Under the pieces are notes generated by a model that was not told where the DNA came from, searched no databases, and worked only from the letters and a program-made list of their open reading frames with translations. Shown in pieces: positions 55,236 to 64,000 of a DNA stretch of 64,000 bases. The stretch comes from Candidatus Pacearchaeota archaeon (GTDB taxonomy: Archaea; Nanobdellota; Nanobdellia; Pacearchaeales; GW2011-AR1): the NCBI GenBank assembly GCA_040879805.1, contig JBBDJP010000006.1, positions 3,699 through 67,698 on the forward strand. Reading direction: 5' to 3'. A program made the translations under genes and the position numbers. Position 1 is the first letter of the stretch, and each line of letters opens with the position of its first letter.

Positions 55236-55406
55236 ATGATAAAAGAGGAAGATATCTCTGGTATAAGGCAACTTGTTTCAACATTAGAAGAATTTTATTT
55301 AAAATTAAAAGATTCTTATGAAAAAAAAGATGTTGAAAAATTTAATAAAATAAAGGGTGAGCTTATCAAAACACAAAAAGAAATCTTGAGTAGGGTGAAT
55401 TCTTAA
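55236..55406 (+). CDS. small coiled-coil protein (hypothetical), below the track size cut-off
   Basis: My translation is MIKEEDISGIRQLVSTLEEFYLKLKDSYEKKDVEKFNKIKGELIKTQKEILSRVNS (56 aa). The stop abuts the next ATG (TAAATG). Confidence 0.35.
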   Translation: MIKEEDISGIRQLVSTLEEFYLKLKDSYEKKDVEKFNKIKGELIKTQKEILSRVNS

Positions 55407-56756
55407 ATGGCAGAAAATATAATCTCTGTTGAAAATCTTGGGAAAGAAATTTCTCTCGAAAAGAAGATAATAGGAGAAATTGAGTCTTTTATGAGTCACT
55501 TAAAAAATTCTGGAAGCGGAAAAGAACGAAGAATGATTGAATCTCAATTAAATCCTTTAATCGAAAATTTGAAAAAAGCAAGTAATAATGTGTTAAATCA
55601 CGTAGAAGAAGTTTCACTGACAAAATCACTTTCTCAAAACTCTGGGAATGAAAATAATGTATCTGAAGATGTAAAAACTCTTTCAAAAAATACTCCCCAG
55701 TTCCAACCTTTGCAACAAAATTCTATTCAAACAGGTCAAAATAATCTAAACAAAAAAGAAGATAATAGTCTTACAGATATGGAACAACTTTCTGTGACTC
55801 GTTTAAAAAATAAAGAGGAAAAAGTTGTCAAGAAGAAAAAGAAAAGGCCTAGTGGTTTTGTGAAAGTGTCTAGTAAATATTTCTACAAGCTTTCTTCTTC
55901 ATTTATAAAAAAAAATATGTTTGAGGATTTGAGAAGAAATTTGATTAAAGGGAATATTGATTTTGTTCCTGCAGCATATATTTCAATGATTTTCTTTTCT
56001 ACACTTCTATCCCTAATCACATCAATATTCTTGGTAGCATTTTTTTCATTTTTTACAATAACCTTTTCTCCACCATTCATAATAGGAGTAGATGAAAGTT
56101 TTGGGGGAAGATTTCTTAAATTCTTTTGGATACTCTTCGCAGTTCCTTTAATAACTTTCTTAATTACCTATTCTTATCCATCTCTGGAAAGAAAATCTCT
56201 GGAAAGAAAAATTGAGACTGAGCTTCCTTTTGCAACAATACATATGTCTGCAATATCTAACTCTATGATTGAACCAAGCAAAATTTTTGGTATCCTTGTT
56301 TCAACAGGTGAATACCCTTTTCTTAGTAAGGAACTTATTAAGCTTCAAAATGAGATAAATATTTATGGATATGACCTTGTCACCGCGCTAAGAAATAGGG
56401 CTTTTAATAGTCCCAGTAGAAAACTTGCTGAACTATTTAACGGACTTGCAACAACTATAACTTCTGGAGGAAATCTTCCTGTTTTCTTTGATAAAAGGTC
56501 TCAAAGCCTTCTCTTTGAATATAGGCTTGAAATGGAAAAACAAGGAAAAGCTGCAGAAACTTTTATGGATATTTATATTAGCGTTGTTATTGCAGCACCA
56601 ATGGTGCTTATGCTTTTATTAATGATGATGAGTATAAGTGGTCTTGGAATAGCTCTAAGTCCAGGGACAATTTCTTTGATTATGATTTTATCAGTCACTC
56701 TAATAAATATAATGTTCTTGGCATTTTTACAGCTAAGACAACCTGAAAGCAAATGA
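55407..56756 (+). CDS. type IV filament membrane platform protein, first T2SSF-like domain (FlaJ/TadB-like) with long hydrophilic N-terminus
   Basis: LPFATIHMSAISNSMIEPSKIF...YGYDLVTALRNRA...LAELFNGLATTITSGGNLPVFF, flanked by TM segments. Confidence 0.75.
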   Translation: MAENIISVENLGKEISLEKKIIGEIESFMSHLKNSGSGKERRMIESQLNPLIENLKKASNNVLNHVEEVSLTKSLSQNSGNENNVSEDVKTLSKNTPQFQPLQQNSIQTGQNNLNKKEDNSLTDMEQLSVTRLKNKEEKVVKKKKKRPSGFVKVSSKYFYKLSSSFIKKNMFEDLRRNLIKGNIDFVPAAYISMIFFSTLLSLITSIFLVAFFSFFTITFSPPFIIGVDESFGGRFLKFFWILFAVPLITFLITYSYPSLERKSLERKIETELPFATIHMSAISNSMIEPSKIFGILVSTGEYPFLSKELIKLQNEINIYGYDLVTALRNRAFNSPSRKLAELFNGLATTITSGGNLPVFFDKRSQSLLFEYRLEMEKQGKAAETFMDIYISVVIAAPMVLMLLLMMMSISGLGIALSPGTISLIMILSVTLINIMFLAFLQLRQPESK

Positions 56757-57592
56757 AGTTTAAAAAAACTCATGGAATTTGGATCATAATTTCATTAGCT
56801 CTTATTGGATCTTCATTTTTCGTAGGCGATAGATTTTCTTTCCTTGTCATGGGTGTTGGAATATTAATTGGGGCTGCTCCTTTTGTATTTTCAGCAATTA
56901 AAGAAACTAAAGAAAATGCTGAAAAAGAAGATATGTTCTTAGAATTTTCAAGAAACCTTGTAGAAAGTGTAAAAACGGGAACTCCAATAAACAAAAGTAT
57001 AATCAACGTTAAAGACAAACCATACGGAGTTCTTAGTAAGCATGTTAAAAAACTAGCTAATCAAATTTATATGGGAATTCCTTTAAATAAAGCTCTTAGA
57101 ACTTTTTCAAAGGATATAAGCAACAAAACAATTTCAAGATCTTTGACTTTAATAAGTCAGGCAGAAAGAAGTGGAGGAGAAATTGGAGAAATCTTGGAGG
57201 CAGTTACTGAAGCTGTGAGTATGGCTGAGAAATTAAAGAAAGAAAGAAAAGCTGCAATATCTACCTTGGTTGTTCAGGGTTACATAATTTTTTCAGTTTT
57301 TATTATCATTATCTTGGTGTTGCAATTCCAAATAATTCCTTTACTTGGAGGCATCTCTCTTGACACAGGAACAACAGATGCAGGAATATTTGGATCTGGA
57401 GGGGCCCCTATAGATCAAGAAGAAATCTCTTCTGCATTTTTATATTTATTAATGGTTCAAGGTCTTTTTACAGGATTAGTAATTGGAAAGCTTTCTGAAG
57501 GAAATATTAAAACAGGTATTAAACACTCATTCATCCTTGTACTAATTGCTTTCATGGTTTCTACAGGAGCAAATATTTTATTCGGAGGATAA
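56753..57592 (+). CDS. type IV filament membrane platform protein, second T2SSF-like domain (FlaJ/TadC-like)
   Basis: LVESVKTGTPINKSI...LANQIYMGIPLNKALRTF...LISQAERSGGEIGEILEAV plus TM segments. It overlaps the previous gene by 4 nt. Confidence 0.75.
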   Translation: MKFKKTHGIWIIISLALIGSSFFVGDRFSFLVMGVGILIGAAPFVFSAIKETKENAEKEDMFLEFSRNLVESVKTGTPINKSIINVKDKPYGVLSKHVKKLANQIYMGIPLNKALRTFSKDISNKTISRSLTLISQAERSGGEIGEILEAVTEAVSMAEKLKKERKAAISTLVVQGYIIFSVFIIIILVLQFQIIPLLGGISLDTGTTDAGIFGSGGAPIDQEEISSAFLYLLMVQGLFTGLVIGKLSEGNIKTGIKHSFILVLIAFMVSTGANILFGG

Positions 57593-57593
57593 T

Positions 57594-58316
57594 ATGAAAT
57601 TAAAAAATAAAAAAAAAGGATCTCATGTAGGAATCATGCTCTCTTTTGTTATGTTTGTCATGTTTGTTTTTTTTATTTATATGATTGTTCAACCTTCATT
57701 GTCAAATCAAGAAACGGGTAACTTCATTGAAGGGTTAGAGACAATAATCTTTGACCAAGCTTCCATAGAATTAAAAACAATCTCAGTGAAACTTAATACT
57801 CTTGACGATAGCTGTGTTGAACTAAACAATTTTCTAGATGAAGTGGATATTGATAAAAGAGTTGTTGCAAAAGATTCTGAAGATTCTTCTTTGATTGTAG
57901 GAAACTCCGGATCTTCAAGTGATCTTGGAATTAATAGTAATGGCAAGACTTTTTTTAGAATTTATCATTCTGATGAATTTGAAATAATTGGTGTAAGTCT
58001 AAGTGATTGTGACAGTTTAGATTTAGGGACTGGATATGAAATAGGATTATTAAAATCTGATAAAATCATATTTGAACCAAAAATTGAAAACATTCTGCAA
58101 GAATATGAAGATAATCCAAATAGTTTCAAATCAGAATTAAATATATCTGAAGAAAATGAATTCAGTTTAGGATTTATATATAGTAATGGGACTTCAATTA
58201 TTGTAGGAGAAGAAAATCTTCCTGAAACAAGTATTTATCTTGATAAGATTCTTGTAAAATATATTGATGAAGATGGCTCAATAAAACTTGGATACTTAAG
58301 AATTGGAACATGGTAA
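57594..58316 (+). CDS. type IV pilin-like protein
   Basis: GGAGGA lies 4 nt upstream. MKLKNKKKGS-HVGIMLSFVMFVMFVFFIYMIV is present. The start is trimmed from 57546. Confidence 0.55.
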   Translation: MKLKNKKKGSHVGIMLSFVMFVMFVFFIYMIVQPSLSNQETGNFIEGLETIIFDQASIELKTISVKLNTLDDSCVELNNFLDEVDIDKRVVAKDSEDSSLIVGNSGSSSDLGINSNGKTFFRIYHSDEFEIIGVSLSDCDSLDLGTGYEIGLLKSDKIIFEPKIENILQEYEDNPNSFKSELNISEENEFSLGFIYSNGTSIIVGEENLPETSIYLDKILVKYIDEDGSIKLGYLRIGTW

Positions 58317-58741
58317 ATAAGATGATTAAAAATAAAAAAGGTTGGATAAAAATAGTAGAATCATTCCTAGCAATACTATTAGTTGCAGGCATAGTTATTG
58401 TTGTAGTAGGAGGTGAAAATACAGAGGAAGATTTTTCTGAAATAAAAATTATGCAATCTTCAATTCTGATGGAAATTCGAATGGATAATTCAATAAGGGG
58501 AGAAATAATTGAAACAGGGGGAGAAGTTTCATGGGAAGATGTTCAATTTCCAAATTCTATAAAGAATAAAGTAATTGATGCAACACCTATTTCTTTTGAA
58601 TGTGAGGGAAAAATTTGTGATCCTGGAGAAGATTGTTCTATTGAAGAAAAAGATTCAAATATTTTTTCTAAATCTTCAATAATATTTGCAGACATTGATA
58701 ATTATAACCCTAGAGTTCTGAAACTTTACTGTTGGGATTAA
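58310..58741 (+). CDS. type IV pilin-like protein
   Basis: MVNKMIKNKKG-WIKIVESFLAILLVAGIVIVVVG is present. Confidence 0.55.
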   Translation: MVNKMIKNKKGWIKIVESFLAILLVAGIVIVVVGGENTEEDFSEIKIMQSSILMEIRMDNSIRGEIIETGGEVSWEDVQFPNSIKNKVIDATPISFECEGKICDPGEDCSIEEKDSNIFSKSSIIFADIDNYNPRVLKLYCWD

Positions 58742-58749
58742 ACTGATAA

Positions 58750-59928
58750 TTATGGTCTAAATTTTTTATGTTTGCCTTCACCTTGCCAATTAATAAAAGG
58801 ATTCAAATGATTTATTATTTTTATTGATTTCTTTTGTAGTTCCAAAATTTTGAAGATATTTTTATATACTTGGGGGGCCTCATCTAAAGTATCTCGAGAA
58901 AAATTTCCCACAATCCCTTTTTCTTCCATTTCAACTTTGAAATTTTCAACATTAATTTCTTCTTTAGCTTGAGTCCTACTTAACACCCTTCCTGCACCAT
59001 GGGATGAACTAAAAAGAAATTCTTTACTTCCCTTACCTTCTACCAAAAAAGTTCCGTCCCTCATATTTCCAGGAATAATTCCTTTCTCTCCTTTCTTAGC
59101 AGGAGTAGCTCCTTTTCTATGAACAAAAAAACCTTTCTCTTCAACAGCATGATTGTGATTTCTATTGGCCCATACAACATATCTTATTTTTTTTTCTAAT
59201 ATTTTTTCTATAGCAGAAATTGTTTGGTAAACAATTTCTGAACGGTTTAACCTTGCAAACTTCATTCCAAATTCAAGTAAGTTTTCATATTCTTTACCTT
59301 CTTGGGAATCAATATTAAGGGGATGTGTAGCCTCAAATTTCTTTTTATTTCCTGAGGATTTTTTCATATAAAACTTTGCAGCCCAGTGACCTACAGACCT
59401 AGAACCAGAATGAATAACTATCCAAGGGTGTCCTTTTTCACCAGAATTTAACGAAATAAAATGATTTCCAGAACCAAGACTTCCAAGATTTTTCATAGCT
59501 TTTCCCGACTTAAGGAATTGTAAAACTTGTTTATTATGAGGTTTCTTTTCAAAATCAGAAAGGATTTTCTTATATTCTTCTTTTGTCTTTTGCATTAATT
59601 TACTTTCAGATCGATTAATTTGACCAAGTCCCATTGGAACTCTCTTTTTTACTTCTTCATAAATTTTTAAAGAATTCATTTTTAAAAGACTCAGAATGTT
59701 TTTGGGTAATCTTACTGCAGTTAATCCACAACCAATATCATAACCAACCCATGCAGGAACAAGATAATCTCTAGTGATTAGAACAGATCCAATCGGTGCT
59801 ACATATCCTAAATGAGCATCTGGCATTATTGCAGCTTTTACAACATAGGGTTCAGAATAACATTCTTTAAATTGTTTAAGTGTTTCTTTATCTGCATCTT
59901 CTGCAAAATTTGATACTTTCTTTACCAT
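58750..59928 (-). CDS. rtcB: RtcB-family RNA 3'-phosphate ligase (short form)
   Basis: MPDAHLGY, GYDIGCG, GSGNHF and SSSHGAGR are the metal/GMP-His motifs of RtcB. Length 392 aa. Confidence 0.9.
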   Translation of the reverse strand: MVKKVSNFAEDADKETLKQFKECYSEPYVVKAAIMPDAHLGYVAPIGSVLITRDYLVPAWVGYDIGCGLTAVRLPKNILSLLKMNSLKIYEEVKKRVPMGLGQINRSESKLMQKTKEEYKKILSDFEKKPHNKQVLQFLKSGKAMKNLGSLGSGNHFISLNSGEKGHPWIVIHSGSRSVGHWAAKFYMKKSSGNKKKFEATHPLNIDSQEGKEYENLLEFGMKFARLNRSEIVYQTISAIEKILEKKIRYVVWANRNHNHAVEEKGFFVHRKGATPAKKGEKGIIPGNMRDGTFLVEGKGSKEFLFSSSHGAGRVLSRTQAKEEINVENFKVEMEEKGIVGNFSRDTLDEAPQVYKNIFKILELQKKSIKIINHLNPFINWQGEGKHKKFRP

Positions 59929-59977
59929 ATATGAAAAACGGAGCTGTAGTTTAAGAAAGTTGTGGGATTCATAAAAT

Positions 59978-62452
59978 CTACTCTATGTAAAATCTTGGCA
60001 TTGATGGTTTGACATTCTTCGACATATTTTCAGGATCATATTTATCTTTATCTGCAACAGAATAAACCATTACCTCTACCCCAATTTCCTTAGATATTCT
60101 TTTTCCATCAATTCTATTCACCTCTGAAGGAATAGAATAAACATAAACTTTTTTGAAGTTTTTTTCTTCAGGTTTTACTTTTCCTAAATAACTTTTCAAA
60201 TCTCCTATAATTTTTTCATTCAAATCTATCTCAATCTTTTTCTTTTTTAATTTTGATTTATCTACACTTGGCCATTTGCTAACTGAAATAAATTTTTTAT
60301 TATCAATTTTTTTCCCTAATTCTTCCGAAACATGTGGGCAAAATAAAGAAAACATTTTGAGAAAATCACTAAGACTTTTTTTAGAAACTTCCTTTTCTTT
60401 AGATATTCTATCAAATAGTTCTCTCAATTTTATTACCGCTTTTCGATATTCAATATTTTCAATATTTTCTGTCACTCCTTTAATTGTTTTATTTAAAAAT
60501 ACCTCAAAATCTTCAGAGTTTTTTCCTATCTTTATCTTTTCAAAATTATTTGCTAATTTTTTCACAAATTTGTAACTTCCTTTCATTATCTTTTTATCCC
60601 AATTTGTATCTTTGTCAGGTGCCGCAAAACTCATAAGGGCCAATCTTAAAGAATCTGCACTATACTCTTTTATAGTTTCCATAGGGTCAATTGTGTTTCC
60701 TAAAGATTTACTCATTTTCCTTCCATCTTCAGAGTGGAGCATTCCTTGATGAAAAAGTTTTTTTGCAAATTCACTGAATTTAATCAGTCCTAAATCTCTT
60801 AAGAACTTTGTATAAAATCTTGCATAAATTAGATGCATGCAAGCATGTTCAGCCCCCCCGACATAAAGATCGACAGGACACCATTTTTCTACTTTCTTGC
60901 TGTCAAATATTTTTTCTTTATTTTTAGGGTCGCAATATCTAAGAAAGTACCATGAAGAATTCACAAAAGTATCCATCGTATCTGTTTCTCTTTTTGCAGG
61001 TTTTGAACATTTGGGACATTTTGTTTCAACCCATTTTTTGTTTGTTTCAAGTGGATTTCCCTTTCCAAATTTTACTTTTTTTGGGAGAGTCAAGGGAAGG
61101 TCCTTTTCATCAAGAGGAACTTCTCCGCATTCATTACAATAAACAATAGGTATTGGAGTTCCCCAGTATCTCTGTCTTGATATAAGCCAATCTTTTAATC
61201 TATATTTGATCACTTTCTTTGCAAGATTCTTTTTAATCAAAAATTCAGTTATTTTTTTCCTTGCTTCTCCACTTTCCATCCCATCAAATTCTCCTGAATT
61301 AACAAGAGTTCCTTCTTCTGTGTAAGCTTCTGGAATTTGTCCATTCCTTTCATAAATATCATAATCCTTTGGTTCAACAACGACCTTTATTGGAATGTTG
61401 TATTTTTCTGCAAATTCAAAATCTCTTTGATCATGAGCTGGAACAGCCATCACCATTCCGCTTCCATAATCTGCCACAACAAAATTTCCAACCCATATTG
61501 GTACTTTCTCTCCATTAGCAGGGTTAATTGTATAACTCCCTGTAAAAACACCTTCCTTCTCCATCTTTTCAGCTTCTTTTTCCGAAACAGACTTTATCTT
61601 TTTCAAAAATTTCTCAACATCCTTTTTTTTCTCTTTAGTTACAATTTCCATTAGTTTTGGATGTTGAGCAGAAATAACCATGAAAGTTACTCCAAATAAT
61701 GTATCTGGCCGAGTTGTGAAAATTGGAAATTTTTCATCCTCTTTATTAAATAATTCAAAATCAATTTCTGTCCCATGACTTTTTCCTATCCAGTTTTTCT
61801 GCATTGCAATTGTCCTTTCAGGCCAGTCAAGTTTTTTATGCCCTTCTAAAAGTTCGTCCGCATAATCTGTAATTTTGAAAAACCACTGGTCTAACTCTTT
61901 TATTTCCAACTCAGAACCACATCTTTCACAAACTCCTCCTTGAGATTGTTCATTTGCTAAAACAGTCTTACATGAAGGACACCAGTTCACAAGTGCTTTT
62001 TTCTTATATGCTAAACCTTTTTCGTACATCTTTAAAAAAATCCACTGATCCCACTTATAATAATCAGGGTCCGCAGTATTAACAAGAGTAGAATAATCAT
62101 AACTAAGACCAAGAGCTTTCTGTTGTTTCCTGAAATTCTTAATAGAATTGTTTGTGTAATCCTGTGGATGTGTCCCTTCTTTTATTGCAGCGTTTTCGGC
62201 AGGAAGTCCTAACGAATCGTAACCAATAGGATAAAGTACATTAAATCCTCTCATTCTTTTATATCTTGCAAAAATATCTGATATTGTGAAATTAAGAGCA
62301 TGGCCCATATGAAGGCCAGAACCAGAAGGATAAGGAAACATTTCTAAAACATAAAATTTTTCTTTTTTAGATTTCTTAGACGCTTCAAAAACTTTTTTTT
62401 CCTCCCAAAGTTTCTGCCACTTTTTTTCTATCTTATTTGAATCATAATCCAT
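59978..62452 (-). CDS. leuS: leucyl-tRNA synthetase (bacterial-like architecture)
   Basis: MFPYPSGSGLHMGHALN (HIGH), PIGYDSLGLPAENAAIKEG and KMSKSLGN are present. Length 824 aa. Confidence 0.95.
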   Translation of the reverse strand: MDYDSNKIEKKWQKLWEEKKVFEASKKSKKEKFYVLEMFPYPSGSGLHMGHALNFTISDIFARYKRMRGFNVLYPIGYDSLGLPAENAAIKEGTHPQDYTNNSIKNFRKQQKALGLSYDYSTLVNTADPDYYKWDQWIFLKMYEKGLAYKKKALVNWCPSCKTVLANEQSQGGVCERCGSELEIKELDQWFFKITDYADELLEGHKKLDWPERTIAMQKNWIGKSHGTEIDFELFNKEDEKFPIFTTRPDTLFGVTFMVISAQHPKLMEIVTKEKKKDVEKFLKKIKSVSEKEAEKMEKEGVFTGSYTINPANGEKVPIWVGNFVVADYGSGMVMAVPAHDQRDFEFAEKYNIPIKVVVEPKDYDIYERNGQIPEAYTEEGTLVNSGEFDGMESGEARKKITEFLIKKNLAKKVIKYRLKDWLISRQRYWGTPIPIVYCNECGEVPLDEKDLPLTLPKKVKFGKGNPLETNKKWVETKCPKCSKPAKRETDTMDTFVNSSWYFLRYCDPKNKEKIFDSKKVEKWCPVDLYVGGAEHACMHLIYARFYTKFLRDLGLIKFSEFAKKLFHQGMLHSEDGRKMSKSLGNTIDPMETIKEYSADSLRLALMSFAAPDKDTNWDKKIMKGSYKFVKKLANNFEKIKIGKNSEDFEVFLNKTIKGVTENIENIEYRKAVIKLRELFDRISKEKEVSKKSLSDFLKMFSLFCPHVSEELGKKIDNKKFISVSKWPSVDKSKLKKKKIEIDLNEKIIGDLKSYLGKVKPEEKNFKKVYVYSIPSEVNRIDGKRISKEIGVEVMVYSVADKDKYDPENMSKNVKPSMPRFYIE

Positions 62453-62566
62453 TAAAATAAGACTAATTGTATTTTTATAAAATTATTGATTAAACTCTTT
62501 TGAAGAAATATAAAAATGTTTATAAAAGCAATTTCACTATATTAGCCGTAAAGAGGATGACATATA

Positions 62567-63109
62567 ATGAAACACTACAAAAAGTCCCACAATACTCATA
62601 ATCCTCACCACAATACACACCCTAAAAAGAGAACAAAAAGAATGGACCATCATAAAAAACTCATATTGGCTATATCAATAATTTTTGCTTTAATAATTAT
62701 TTCTGTAGTTTATATTTTAATTTCCAGTGACGATTTAGGTGTTGAAGATATATCTGAAGAACCTTCACCTATTCTTGAACAATGTGAATTTGCATGTAAT
62801 AGCGGACAAAAAACTTCTTTCTGTAATGTACAAAGAAATGTTGATGAAAATTTAAGAACTACTTGTTATGAGCTTGCTACAAACCCTGATTATGCTAATT
62901 ATGGTGTTGAAAGTTGTGCAGAAATAATTTGTGAAACTCAAGAAGAAGAATCTGATTTTACTTGTGAAGGAGGACTAAATAGCGAGTGGGTTGATTCTAC
63001 TTCAGATGGTTCATGTCCTGAAAGAGAAGGAATGTTCTCCAGATTAAGAGATGAAGCTTCTGACAGTCCTCCTGAAGAAGGGCAAGTATGTTGTTTTTAT
63101 TATGATTAA
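62567..63109 (+). CDS. membrane-anchored Cys-rich acidic protein with His-rich N-terminus (hypothetical)
   Basis: The N-terminus is MKHYKKSHNTHNPHHNTHPKK...HHKK, followed by a TM (LILAISIIFALIIISVVYILI). The extracytoplasmic part has 12 Cys. Confidence 0.45.
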   Translation: MKHYKKSHNTHNPHHNTHPKKRTKRMDHHKKLILAISIIFALIIISVVYILISSDDLGVEDISEEPSPILEQCEFACNSGQKTSFCNVQRNVDENLRTTCYELATNPDYANYGVESCAEIICETQEEESDFTCEGGLNSEWVDSTSDGSCPEREGMFSRLRDEASDSPPEEGQVCCFYYD

Positions 63110-63267
63110 TTCTTTCGATAATAAATTTCTTGCTTTTTAGAATATTTTCTTAAAATTTTGAAATTTCAAAGTCTTAAAATACTTAATCTACTCTTTAGTG
63201 ACAACAATTAGAAAGATTTAAATAGTAAGTTAATTATAATATTATTACCTTAAATTAGTGGTTTAAA

Positions 63268-64000
63268 ATGGTTAAAAACTCTCTAGGAAGTTTGAAAAAT
63301 CTTGCAAAATATGGATTGTTAGTAGGGACTCTTTTATTCTCTTCTTGTAAAGATACTCCTGTAGGTCCTGAAGAAAAAGAAACTCCAAATCCAAGTGCAA
63401 TAGTTAATGTAAGTCCTGTTGAAGGATATTCTCCTCTTGAAGTAGAACTTATGTGTTCTGGAGAGCATCCTGAAGGTGTTGAAAATATCGGAAAGTATAT
63501 GTTGAAAGTTAAAAAAGAAAATATTTCTATTGAAAGTGATAATCCTATTGAAATCTCACACAATTTTGAAATTTCTGGAAATTATGGTGTTGAATGTTCT
63601 GTTTACTCTGGAGATAAAGAAAATTCTGATTCAGAAACAGTCGTAGTTCATGATCCTGGAAAACCAAGAGCCCTATTAAATATAGGAGAAACAAACGGAA
63701 GAATTCCTTTCAGAACAAATTTCGAATTGGACGGAGAGCATCCTGAGGGATTTGGAATTGTTGAATATAATTTAAAAATTGGTGAAGACAAATTTTCAAA
63801 CAGCTCACCAATTGAGAAAAATTATGTGTTCACAAATTCGGGTGAGGAAAATGTTTATGCATGGGTAATTGATGAAAATGGTAAAAGTAGTGACACAACA
63901 AGTGCTTCTATAAAATTGGAGGATATAGTTACTTCTTTTGGATTGGTAGGAAACAATGATCATCCTGTTGATCTTAAATATTCTGCTTCGGTTGGAAATG
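63268..64000 (+). CDS. lipobox-containing surface protein with PKD-like repeats (3' end beyond the window)
   Basis: Absent from the track because it runs off the window. My translation is MVKNSLGSLKNLAKYGLLVGTLLFSSCKDT..., with two repeat units containing G(E)HPEG(V/F)... and NYG/NVY beta patterns. The frame is open to 64000. Confidence 0.6.
   Translation, partial: MVKNSLGSLKNLAKYGLLVGTLLFSSCKDTPVGPEEKETPNPSAIVNVSPVEGYSPLEVELMCSGEHPEGVENIGKYMLKVKKENISIESDNPIEISHNFEISGNYGVECSVYSGDKENSDSETVVVHDPGKPRALLNIGETNGRIPFRTNFELDGEHPEGFGIVEYNLKIGEDKFSNSSPIEKNYVFTNSGEENVYAWVIDENGKSSDTTSASIKLEDIVTSFGLVGNNDHPVDLKYSASVGN

Noticed and set aside
1-64000. Bacterial contamination or chimeric assembly as the explanation for the bacterial-looking genes (nrdR, leuS, OMP-like barrel, Tad-like split platform).
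   Set aside because: Each is flanked on the same contiguous sequence by unmistakably archaeal genes (rpo cluster, aEF-2/aEF-1a, DnaG, DTD2, Dph5). They share the same AT-rich composition and the same TTTAAAA promoter motif. Horizontal acquisition is more plausible. Read-level checks would still be needed to exclude chimerism.

Overview
The window is a visibly AT-rich, densely coding archaeal chromosome segment. Reduced protein sizes, missing canonical neighbours and many surface proteins suggest a DPANN-type (Woese-/Pace-/Nanoarchaeota-like) genome. That assignment is inference from gene content, not a computed placement.

Ordinary content:
- A deoxynucleotide island: nrdR, class II RNR, HD phosphohydrolase, dcd, thyA, thioredoxin.
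- The archaeal rpoH-rpoB-rpoA-nusA-S12-S7-EF2-EF1a cluster.
- DnaG, RNase HII, Pcm, DTD2, diphthine synthase, RtcB.
- Ile-, Arg- and Leu-tRNA synthetases.
- Four tRNAs (Lys-UUU, initiator Met, Ser-GCU, Leu-UAA) and a probable SRP RNA.
- An 11-gene type IV pilus locus.

Most worth a second look:
1. Two and a half copies of a GC-rich, attC-like folded repeat bracket a GNAT and a SAM-methyltransferase gene between pcm and smc. This could be integron-type cassettes, with no integrase in the window.
2. An SMC-head protein has no hinge. Instead it carries a Rad50-type CPxC zinc hook exactly at the middle of its coiled coil.
3. A promoter-equipped 54-nt structured RNA candidate has two UUCG hairpins inside an 8-bp closing stem.
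4. rpoA is an unsplit A'+A'' gene.
5. A bacterial-type NrdR sits behind tandem NrdR-box-like sites.
6. A surface block combines an OMP-like beta-barrel protein, a cadherin-like adhesin, a secreted SNase-LTD nuclease and the pilus genes.

All calls come from reading the ORF translations and the sequence by eye. No searches or folding programs were run, so family assignments rest on recognised motifs, and coordinates of RNA and repeat features may be off by a few nucleotides.
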